Virus record (IMG/VR): IMGVR_UViG_3300037111_000040
Location: 1-64,000 of that record
Strand: one strand, 5' to 3'
DNA length: 64,000 nt
Source of the DNA: a virus
Positions 47,101 to 54,224 of the stretch are shown in pieces. The notes below the pieces were generated by a model. It worked only from the letters and a program-made list of their open reading frames with translations, had not been told where the DNA came from and did not search any database. The translations under genes were made by a program, and so were the position numbers. Each line of letters opens with the position of its first letter. Within the stretch, counting starts at the first letter, position 1.

Positions 47101-48197
47101 TGAGCACCGCCCCGGGCGTTGGAAATTCGATTGCTTTCACTTGGCGCAAGAATGCTTCGAGCCAAACGCTCACCTGTACGATCAGCGGAGCATCGGCTAC
47201 TTCATGCTCAGACACGACGCACAGCTTTACGACGGCATCGCTCGATTTGCTGGATATTCAAGTTGTCACGACCGGGACCGTCGTTGGCACGCCAACTGTG
47301 GTTATGGCTGCGCAGGTTGGCGTTGCGGCCACCACGACGACTGCTTTTTCTGCCATCTCCAGCGGGACCAATACGAGTGCTGCGATGGCCGTTGGTTCGG
47401 GAGCCAGCTTAGCTCCGAGCGGCACGGGGACAGTCAGCGCAAACCAACTGAATGGCGTCCCTTTCTGCACCGGCTTTACACCGACGACGGGGCAGAATTT
47501 GCAGTACACGACCGCAAGCACCCCGAATCCTTGCTATACGGCGGCTGCTGGAGGAGGATCAACTGTAGTAGCCGCGCCGCCATACATCGAAATTGGCTCG
47601 ACATTCTACGACCCCGATATGTTTGCTGTGACAAAACCAGTGATATGCGCTTCTCAGGTTTTCATTGGCACAGGGCCGACTTGCACAAACGGAACGAACG
47701 GGAATGTCGTTCTTAGCTCTACTGCGGCGACTACAAATTATTGGTCGAAAATTTCATTGAGCAGTTCTATCGATATTGATTTCAGGCAACTGTGCGCCGC
47801 TGTTGGCACGAATAATTGCAATGGAGGAATCTGGATTCACGACAACACAAATGGGTTAGTGTGGTCACTGAGTTGGCAGCAGGGAAATGCCTCTCTCTCT
47901 ACAGCAACGCTCCAAATCGGAGAATATAACTGTACAAGCACTTGCCCCGGATCGGTTGCCCCATCTTTTGTGAGTAGTGTTGTTTATCAGGGCGCGGAGT
48001 GGTTTGGATCAAGTATTCATTTGAAGCTGTCTGTTTCAGGGACGATTCTCTCATATCTGGTTTCGACTGACGGAGGCGCTACCTATCAGACGATAGGAAC
48101 TCAGACAGTCGGCACAATTGATTTTGGGGGGATTGCTTTCTATAGCGGATTAGGGACCATTGCAGAGATAAATCTGCTTAGCACGAGCGTCATCTGA
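44199..48197 (+). CDS. tail-fibre-like protein with Sec signal peptide and degenerate SGNH domain
   Basis: MKRLIFLLTLLAPVSVLA-QA; VYL...ATIY...LTNPF attachment-like domain; fibre motif LAPKASPTFTGTPAAPT...TQLATTAFV; FAGDS; many paired Cys. Confidence 0.65.
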   Translation: MKRLIFLLTLLAPVSVLAQATGSIQGYCDLGGRQATIAGLNSSNYLQGVIPHCLVSVYLTDSQTLATIYKDGSNTPLTNPFKATTISSTQTGHWLFYAAQGQGYDVQLSGGDPPLVFPSPVVAAVDVFASGGTGSGGSCSPNIISAGCTGGTSAPAAQANILGNPAAGLYAINCTSSSDCQPSILSSAFFYQTVQANTVSLTQEARLNLKSGSNSTVSCVDNPGNNSTDCTISSTGGSSVTWPTSGDLVISNGTNTPTGLPPQLNLCLGGVAGPVFGDMPCVSSLTTTGSSGAAAFNTVTGALNIPVYSSGGGGGFTPANGIFAGDSVNDDDGNVIEPTFALTGFTCTGVTCTVTNSGTNNLAAGDWVNMRFSSAWTSTFSAPTDISYSTGYTLFKVLSSGLSSTQFEFSFASSGTCASTCGVAAKATYNLPFNTANLAGLSGKLTPYVVIPNPVTEQALNTYYSTILHPLSEAVTGQPTYFIFGQLENDAFANGCTSAATIEAALNSLWAQVHADSSSVVVWSTNAVNLGQTGLGICSSGYQTLIALEQWLPLQGKSAANQASGQYWDGFVDVARVVNDPGNSSLVAGNGGFGPGGVNLAAAKIANVLLSGVSDPLDKRSDYFGSAPGVAGVGNGFMQIPTYDSVYTYQWFSASSGSTLGSQIMSLGTLFGYQHLTVNSDSPSTFNSTSQNSGNHYPSTAAVQEPSSSSTAFNYPIFGVLGPNMPTGYSIKEDLGRDNATNDVLRMQFYYAGAGSASNYAIFGLYGANGLSIDGNGNVVIQGLSPSTSPICPHGTGGALTTSGCASGSSGLSGMTATQVGVAGSSSTITSSKAIAGTGAGLASGPTSATVAGDVVTYVDTAGTQQDSSTLLSSLAPKASPTFTGTPAAPTATGGTNTTQLATTAFVQAAIAAAGTGAGIVTYSGPALTFTGTLYFPIGGGGLSSATETNVDIDSPAAVTIQNMTVQLSTAPGVGNSIAFTWRKNASSQTLTCTISGASATSCSDTTHSFTTASLDLLDIQVVTTGTVVGTPTVVMAAQVGVAATTTTAFSAISSGTNTSAAMAVGSGASLAPSGTGTVSANQLNGVPFCTGFTPTTGQNLQYTTASTPNPCYTAAAGGGSTVVAAPPYIEIGSTFYDPDMFAVTKPVICASQVFIGTGPTCTNGTNGNVVLSSTAATTNYWSKISLSSSIDIDFRQLCAAVGTNNCNGGIWIHDNTNGLVWSLSWQQGNASLSTATLQIGEYNCTSTCPGSVAPSFVSSVVYQGAEWFGSSIHLKLSVSGTILSYLVSTDGGATYQTIGTQTVGTIDFGGIAFYSGLGTIAEINLLSTSVI

Positions 48198-48212
48198 CAA
48201 ATAAGGAGACAC

Positions 48213-48578
48213 ATGAAACGCATTTTCGCGGCACTCTCGGTTCTGGCTCTTGCGGCCCCGCTTGCCGTGTGCCAGGCGAAGGTGACGACGTGCGAAGTGA
48301 ATCTGACGTGGGATGCGCCGCTAAGTTCTCCTGATCCCGTTTCCAGTTATGACGCCTTCCGCGCTCCAAGCGGAGGAACTTCATATCAGCAACTCAATAC
48401 AACAGCGATCACGTCAACTACCTATAGCGATCTGACAGTTCAAGCATCTACCTACGACTACATTGTCGAGAGTGTCGATGCGAGTGGAGTGACAAGCGCG
48501 CCTTCGAACGTGGCTAGTGTCGTAGTTCCAGCCTTACCGCCATCACCGTCTAAACCAACCGTAAAGTTCAACCCGTAG
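48213..48578 (+). CDS. secreted fibronectin type III-like protein
   Basis: Signal peptide; LTWDAP, YDAFR, YDYIVESVDASGVTSAPSN. Confidence 0.75.
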   Translation: MKRIFAALSVLALAAPLAVCQAKVTTCEVNLTWDAPLSSPDPVSSYDAFRAPSGGTSYQQLNTTAITSTTYSDLTVQASTYDYIVESVDASGVTSAPSNVASVVVPALPPSPSKPTVKFNP

Positions 48579-48589
48579 GGAGGAGTTCT

Positions 48590-49126
48590 ATGAAGTCGAT
48601 AAATCTGAAGTTCGCATCATTGCTGATTTTGCTTTTCGCAGCCGCTGGCTGTAAGCCACAGGCCCCGGTCTCGCCACCGCCATCGGCAACTGTAAATTGG
48701 ACTGCTCTCCCATGCCCGACTGGATATAGCTGCGGCTACATCGTCAGTTCGGCCACATGCACGAGCGCCACAGTATGCCCAACACCATCCAGCAGTGGAC
48801 CGTACACGCCAAAACAGACGGCGAGTTCCCCGCTCACCACAAACACGTACACCGACACAGCGCCACCGACCGGAGTATACGAAGCCTACACGGTACAGTT
48901 TGTGGAGACGCCAACTGGAGGACAACCAGCAACCGGAGCACCTTCTCCTGCGTCAGCACCCGTGTTGATTGCGCTCTATCCGGGCACGCCGGGACAGCCT
49001 TCGGTAACATCTGTGGCCGAGCTTGCACCTCCGCTTTTTCCAGACGCTTCGGAACAGCAAGTCGCAAGCAACTCGATTCCTGTTGCGGTACGTCCAACAG
49101 TTAAGATTTCATACCCACGTCTGTAA
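48590..49126 (+). CDS. Fn3-like lipoprotein
   Basis: Lipobox AAGC; VNW, YTDT, YTVQ; Pro-rich tail. Confidence 0.65.
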   Translation: MKSINLKFASLLILLFAAAGCKPQAPVSPPPSATVNWTALPCPTGYSCGYIVSSATCTSATVCPTPSSSGPYTPKQTASSPLTTNTYTDTAPPTGVYEAYTVQFVETPTGGQPATGAPSPASAPVLIALYPGTPGQPSVTSVAELAPPLFPDASEQQVASNSIPVAVRPTVKISYPRL

Positions 49127-49167
49127 GTTGAACGCGATCTATAATTACGTTCGAGAAAGGTAAGAAA

Positions 49168-49506
49168 GTGGGCACGACAAGCGAGGCAATCGTGGCAGAA
49201 CCTAAAACAAATAGCGAAGGAATGGCTGAGTGGATGAAGTGGGGCATATCCGCGCTCGTTTCAGCCCTCACCACGACTGCTCTGGGAGCGTGGTATATGT
49301 CAGCCACGCTCACCACTATAAACGACCATCTGGATCGCCTCGACAGCGGAGAGAAGGCAATCATGGAGCAACATGCGGCGCTCTCGGACCAGATTTATAC
49401 GATCAACGAGGAGCAGAATATCGTGATCACACTGCTGCATGATGAGCATACAAGCAGGATTCCGCTTCCGAGTCCTTCGAAGCACGATGGGTTTTCCGAC
49501 CGTTAG
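49168..49506 (+). CDS. single-TM coiled-coil protein (holin/spanin candidate)
   Basis: WGISALVSALTTTALGAWYM followed by coiled coil; lysis-region position. Confidence 0.45.
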   Translation: MGTTSEAIVAEPKTNSEGMAEWMKWGISALVSALTTTALGAWYMSATLTTINDHLDRLDSGEKAIMEQHAALSDQIYTINEEQNIVITLLHDEHTSRIPLPSPSKHDGFSDR

Positions 49507-49511
49507 GAAAG

Positions 49512-50849
49512 GTGAAAGAGATGGGAAACTGGATTCAGCTACTTGCTCAATTGGTCGCCAGCATCCTTGAACGCGCATTTGGAACCAAACCAAATACCTT
49601 GCTGACAATCACAGGGATCATAGGTGGCGTCGCTGCCATTTTAGCGGCGCTTCCAAGTTCGGTGATTCCGGCCAAGTACCAACCATACCTCATAAGCGCC
49701 GCTGGGTTTTTCTCCGTCTTGGCTGGCGTGCTCGGCTACGGGAAGGGCACCACGCCGCCTCCACTCGCGCCGCCGTTGAACCAGACGAACGTGAAGCCGC
49801 TGTCGCCGCGATTCAACTGTCATCCATACGTGAAGCGCCTTGCCGCTGGAGTCCCGACCGCGTCTGGTGCGTGGGAAGTTGATGACCTTTGCGCTGCCTA
49901 CGAGTGGCCGACCGGTCTGAAAGGGGGAGGAACCATCGGGATCGTGGAGCTTGGCGGCGGGTGGGTGCAATCGGACATTGACGCCTACTTCCAGTCCATC
50001 GACCAGCCATCGCCATCTCTGACAGATGTGTCGGTCGATGGAACGAAGAATTCTCCGGGTAACGACAATGATATGGAGGTTGCTCTCGATATTGAGGTCG
50101 CGGGTGCCGCCTACTTCGTGGCCACCGGCAAGCCAGCCACCATTCGCGTGTACTGGTCACAGGACATTGCTTCGGCGGTCGCCAAGGCTTCCAAGGATGG
50201 CTGCGCCGTTTGCTCTATCTCGTGGGGCGCTGACGAAGCCGCATGGGGATCGGAAGCTTGCAAGCAAATGGATGCTGCAGCAAAGGCCGCGACCGATGCC
50301 GGGATGGTAGTGTTTGCCGCTTCCGGAGACAATGATTCAAGCGACGGCGGTCGCAATGCCGCCAACGTGGATTGCCCAGCGTCATGCCCGCACGTGGTGG
50401 GATGCGGCGGCACGTCGAAGACAGCAAGCAGCGAGACGGTTTGGAATAACAACCCCGGCAAAACGGACGGCTCTGGAACTGGCGGCGGATATTCCACCAT
50501 TTTCCCGGCTCAGGCTTGGCAAGTAGACATCCCTCCAGCGCCCAAAGGTCTGGGCCGCATGGTCCCCGATCTTGCCGCCAACGCCGATCCCGATACTGGG
50601 TACCTAATTTTTCAAGGGGGGCAGCAACAGATTGTTGGAGGAACGAGCGCCGTGGCACCGTTGTACGCTGGCCTGTTCGCGGCGTGGGGTAGGAAGGTTG
50701 GATTCATCTCGACAAGGCTTTGGGATCATCCACCCTCTTTCACGCTCATTACCACGGGCGGTAACGGCCAGTACGAAGCTGGGCCGAAGCCGAGCCCATG
50801 CACTGGTCTGGGTGTGCCAATCGGGAAGAAACTTTCACAGATTTTTTGA
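49512..50849 (+). CDS. S53 sedolisin/kumamolisin-like peptidase with N-terminal TM segments
   Basis: IGIVELGGG, EVALD, SISWG, AASGD, GGTS(A)VAP, PCTGLG; two hydrophobic helices replace the prodomain. Confidence 0.9.
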   Translation: MKEMGNWIQLLAQLVASILERAFGTKPNTLLTITGIIGGVAAILAALPSSVIPAKYQPYLISAAGFFSVLAGVLGYGKGTTPPPLAPPLNQTNVKPLSPRFNCHPYVKRLAAGVPTASGAWEVDDLCAAYEWPTGLKGGGTIGIVELGGGWVQSDIDAYFQSIDQPSPSLTDVSVDGTKNSPGNDNDMEVALDIEVAGAAYFVATGKPATIRVYWSQDIASAVAKASKDGCAVCSISWGADEAAWGSEACKQMDAAAKAATDAGMVVFAASGDNDSSDGGRNAANVDCPASCPHVVGCGGTSKTASSETVWNNNPGKTDGSGTGGGYSTIFPAQAWQVDIPPAPKGLGRMVPDLAANADPDTGYLIFQGGQQQIVGGTSAVAPLYAGLFAAWGRKVGFISTRLWDHPPSFTLITTGGNGQYEAGPKPSPCTGLGVPIGKKLSQIF

Positions 50850-50857
50850 GGAGCATT

Positions 50858-51466
50858 ATGAATCGTAGAATGTTTTTGCAACTCTCAGGAACCGGTGCAG
50901 CGGTCGCGGTGGCGGCACCGACCGTATTGCTGACGACTGGATGCTCGACAGCGTGGATCACGACGGTCATCGACGATATACCGGTCGTAATCAACATCGT
51001 GAACAGCGTGGTGTCGGTGATCGCTGAGGCAACCAGCAATGGGGGCCTGCCTGCAAGCGTCGCAGCGGCTCTCACGACGGCCATGAACGTTGCGATTGCC
51101 TCGCTCAACGCGTTCCAAGACGCGGCCAACGCCTACAACGCGAACAAGTCGCAGGGCAACCTAAACGCGCTGATTGCGGCACTGACGAAGGTACAGAGCG
51201 ACGTACAGGGCGTCATCGCAACTCTCCCGGCTGGATCAGTATCGCCATCCATCGTCGCCGTGATCGTAGCGGCTTTGGGAACGGCCATCTTGACTCTGTC
51301 CAGCATTCAGGCGCTCATTCCCGGCGCAGCGCCAGCAGTGGTGACGGCGAGGGCTGTGGCAGCGGTCGCGACAGGCAAGGTCGAACCGCCTAATGCGGCC
51401 ACTTTGAAGTCCAGCTTCAACGCGGTTCTCGGGCTTCACGGATACCAGAAATTCCAATTGCAATAA
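50858..51466 (+). CDS. Tat-signal lipoprotein, helical and hydrophobic
   Basis: MNRRMFL twin-arginine motif, lipobox TTGC, hydrophobic helix near C-terminus; GAGGAG RBS. Confidence 0.7.
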   Translation: MNRRMFLQLSGTGAAVAVAAPTVLLTTGCSTAWITTVIDDIPVVINIVNSVVSVIAEATSNGGLPASVAAALTTAMNVAIASLNAFQDAANAYNANKSQGNLNALIAALTKVQSDVQGVIATLPAGSVSPSIVAVIVAALGTAILTLSSIQALIPGAAPAVVTARAVAAVATGKVEPPNAATLKSSFNAVLGLHGYQKFQLQ

Positions 51467-51480
51467 GATCGAGGCGAACG

Positions 51481-52080
51481 ATGAAACAAGGATTGATGAC
51501 CAAGATGCTTTGGGCCGGGATCGCGTTGCTGGCAATTTCGACAGTCGCCAGCGCGCAATCCGGCCTCGTTTTTTCGAGTGCCGCCGAGGCTACGGCTCTC
51601 GACTACCAGAAGTCATGGACAGCCGCCACGCATACAACAGAATCACTTGACCTGATCGATTGGGGAGTACAGAAAGGGAACAGCCTTTCAGTAGAAGGCC
51701 ACGAAATTACGGCGTCGCCATTCAACGCATACTTCGGAGGTGTTCGGTACTCGCCCGATCTCTCGGCGTTATTCGCGAAGACAAACCTGCCCGCAGATTC
51801 GTTCCAAATCTTCATCCAAGGAGCGGGCGGACTGGCGACATTCACAGCGAATAACCAAATCGCTTTACTCTTCGGCGGTGGAGCGTCCTATCGGATCACT
51901 CCGAATCTTCAGTGGTCCACGCTCGACATACACTTCATGCGTGTCGGATCGAATAACGCAATCGAGATGACGAGCGGGCTCGCGTACTATTTCAACCCGC
52001 AGGCAACGAAGAGCATGGCGCTTCGAAGGATGATTTTGCACAGGGCGATGATCAAGGCCGCGACAGCAGGGATAAAGTAG
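51481..52080 (+). CDS. putative outer-membrane beta-barrel protein
   Basis: Signal peptide ...VASA-Q; alternating strands YFGGVRY, FGGGASY, MTSGLAYYF. Confidence 0.6.
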   Translation: MKQGLMTKMLWAGIALLAISTVASAQSGLVFSSAAEATALDYQKSWTAATHTTESLDLIDWGVQKGNSLSVEGHEITASPFNAYFGGVRYSPDLSALFAKTNLPADSFQIFIQGAGGLATFTANNQIALLFGGGASYRITPNLQWSTLDIHFMRVGSNNAIEMTSGLAYYFNPQATKSMALRRMILHRAMIKAATAGIK

Positions 52081-52087
52081 GTGTCGG

Positions 52088-52540
52088 ATGACTCTTCAGG
52101 ATCAGGTCGTAGGTGCTATCTGTGCATGGAAGGAAGCGCGCGGCGGTGGCGCGCAAGGGATGCATTCGATCCTGAACGTGCTCGTGAACCGCGCGGCCAA
52201 AGCGAAGAGCAGCGTCTACGAGGAGGCGTTGCGGCCTGAGCAGTTTTCGAGCATGACCACACCCGGCGATAAGGAACTTGGAATCGGCCCAAACGCGCTC
52301 AACGCTCCAGACTGGAGTGCCTTCATCACCTCCCTGTCGCTGGCCGCTGACATCTCCGCAGGGGTGCTTCCAGATATCACAGGTGGCAGCACCCTCTACT
52401 ACAACCCAAAAGGCATCCGGACGACGGCAACCTTCACACTTCCAAGTGGCACCGTGGTGCCGTTCCCGGAGGGCTGGAATCCTGCGGTCGTGACTTACCG
52501 GTGCGAGATCGCTGGGCAGTTATTTTTCACGGAGAAGTAG
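52088..52540 (+). CDS. SleB/Hydrolase_2-like cell wall hydrolase (endolysin candidate)
   Basis: KEARG, NVLVNR, QFS, DITGGSTLYYNP. Confidence 0.8.
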   Translation: MTLQDQVVGAICAWKEARGGGAQGMHSILNVLVNRAAKAKSSVYEEALRPEQFSSMTTPGDKELGIGPNALNAPDWSAFITSLSLAADISAGVLPDITGGSTLYYNPKGIRTTATFTLPSGTVVPFPEGWNPAVVTYRCEIAGQLFFTEK

Positions 52541-52541
52541 G

Positions 52542-52721
52542 ATGCCAACCGAGACGTTCAAGAGCGAGGAAGCCTACCGCGAGAGCCGCGCGTACACGCA
52601 CATCCACGGCATTCCCACGCACGCCGAAAAGGTTTGCATCAAAGGCAAAGGATGCCACAAGGTTCAGCACGGCAAGAAGCGCAAGAAAGCGCAGAAGAAG
52701 AGAGTATCGCGAAAGCGCTGA
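52542..52721 (+). CDS. basic microprotein (59 aa)
   Basis: MPTETFKSEEAY...KKRKKAQKKRVSRKR. Confidence 0.6.
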   Translation: MPTETFKSEEAYRESRAYTHIHGIPTHAEKVCIKGKGCHKVQHGKKRKKAQKKRVSRKR

Positions 52722-52727
52722 TTTTCA

Positions 52728-52848
52728 GTGACAGCGGCTCTCGATTGCGGTATAAACAGCAGTGAGCAACGTGCCTTCCCGATCCCATCCTGACCGGCTC
52801 GGGAAACAAGCGGCGGCTCCGACGTAAAAGTCGGGGCCGTTTTTGTTT
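52728..52848 (+). promoter_or_regulatory. promoter plus two-hairpin structured RNA (element B)
   Basis: GTGACA-17-TATAAA; TTCCCGA/TCGGGAA stem; GGCGGCTCCGAC/GTCGGGGCCGTT stem plus T tract. Confidence 0.5.
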
Positions 52849-52857
52849 GGAGGAACA

Positions 52858-53511
52858 TTGGCGTTTCCGTATTCAAAGCGTCGCTTCAAGGGAACCTGCC
52901 TCGCCTGTGGGAAGCCGCGCCGTGGCGAAAAATACTGCTCCAGGAGTTGCGCTGCACCCTTTAAGACTCACCATCCGAGGCCGAAGGTTTGGCTTGTGTG
53001 CTACGTGTGCGGGGTCGATTTTGAATGCTACAAATCAGTATCGAAAGATCGTCGCTACTGCACGAGAAAGTGTTCACGGGTCGCGGTCGGAATGATGCTA
53101 TCGAAAGATAACAATCCGAACTGGAAGGGCGGAATTTCTGATCGCGAGTGGAAGAGCAGGACCGCAATCGCTCGCGTGAAGCGCAAGAGAAAAGCCTGCG
53201 AAAGATGTGGATCGACCGCGAATCTTCAGGGACATCATAGGCTTCCATACGCCGATTTCCCAGAAAAGCGAGACGCTGAGGAAAACATAGAAATCATCTG
53301 CGCCGATTGCCACGCGAAAGAGCACCCACATCTTGCAGGAATGATCATGATTCCTCGCCAGAGATCGGGAGTTTACCTCGAATGCAGATTTTGTAAAGCT
53401 AAGTTTTATCGTCCAAAATGTCACGCTTCAGGATCGAAATTCTGTTCCAGAAAATGCCAGTACGATTCATGGCGCGGAAAGAAGTGGGAGGAGATTCGAT
53501 ATGCCGCATAA
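52858..53511 (+). CDS. HNH endonuclease with Zn-ribbon repeats
   Basis: NPNWKGG, CERCG...GHH...NIEIICADCHAKEH; GGAGG RBS. Confidence 0.8.
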   Translation: MAFPYSKRRFKGTCLACGKPRRGEKYCSRSCAAPFKTHHPRPKVWLVCYVCGVDFECYKSVSKDRRYCTRKCSRVAVGMMLSKDNNPNWKGGISDREWKSRTAIARVKRKRKACERCGSTANLQGHHRLPYADFPEKRDAEENIEIICADCHAKEHPHLAGMIMIPRQRSGVYLECRFCKAKFYRPKCHASGSKFCSRKCQYDSWRGKKWEEIRYAA

Positions 53512-53767
53512 GAAGAAGCACGCGAAGAAGTCAAAGAAGTGGATTCAGGGCGCGGTTAAGCACAAAGGGAGCTTGACCAAAGCCGCAGAGGCTCACGGAA
53601 AATCTACCACTGCGGAAGCTGAATCCGAAGCATCCTCGCCCGACAAGAGCAAGTCCGCGCGTGGTCGTCTGGCGCTGCGGTTCATGGGGAAGGCGAAGCA
53701 CGGCAACATCAAGAAGGCCAAGGGCCGCAAAAAGCACCACGGCAAGCGCATCGCTTCGAAGGCGTAA
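53501..53767 (+). CDS. basic small protein (88 aa)
   Basis: KKWIQGAVKHKGSL...RLALRF...GKRIASKA; GGAGGAG RBS. Confidence 0.7.
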   Translation: MPHKKKHAKKSKKWIQGAVKHKGSLTKAAEAHGKSTTAEAESEASSPDKSKSARGRLALRFMGKAKHGNIKKAKGRKKHHGKRIASKA

Positions 53768-53770
53768 ACG

Positions 53771-53896
53771 ATGGGGAGCGAAGTCGGGGCGACAAACTTG
53801 GAATCGGTGAAAAAAGCGTCGGCCTGCTGCGCTCCGAAGCTCTCAGGCAAAAAGAAAGGCAAGGGGACACGCAGGAAAATCGTGACGAAGAGGTGA
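53771..53896 (+). CDS. basic microprotein (41 aa)
   Basis: MGSEVGAT...GKKKGKGTRRKIVTKR; fills the gap between two basic genes. Confidence 0.5.
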   Translation: MGSEVGATNLESVKKASACCAPKLSGKKKGKGTRRKIVTKR

Positions 53897-53900
53897 TGTG

Positions 53901-54206
53901 ATGGCGAAGAAGCGGAAGAAGAGCAAAAAGTCAGCAGAGAACACGGCGTGTGCAGCGCCCATGTCGTCTCCGGACCGGAGCGCCAATGCTGGGATCGAAG
54001 AGGCCGAGAATGGCTTCATCGTCCGCGTGAGCAGCGAGGGCCTTGGAAAGGGCAAGAAGCACCAATACACGAGCAAGAAATTTGTCGCCACAGATCACCC
54101 GACTGCGCTGCGAATCGCCTCTCAGGGCTTCGCTGGCCTCGCGAAAAAAGTCAGCGGAAAGGGCAAGAAGGGCGGCAAGAAAAAAGTCTCAGTGAAGAAA
54201 ATGTAA
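53901..54206 (+). CDS. basic small protein
   Basis: IEEAENGFIV core; Lys-rich ends, ...GKKKVSVKKM. Confidence 0.65.
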   Translation: MAKKRKKSKKSAENTACAAPMSSPDRSANAGIEEAENGFIVRVSSEGLGKGKKHQYTSKKFVATDHPTALRIASQGFAGLAKKVSGKGKKGGKKKVSVKKM

Positions 54207-54224
54207 TGAAGCCCGCGAGGGGAA

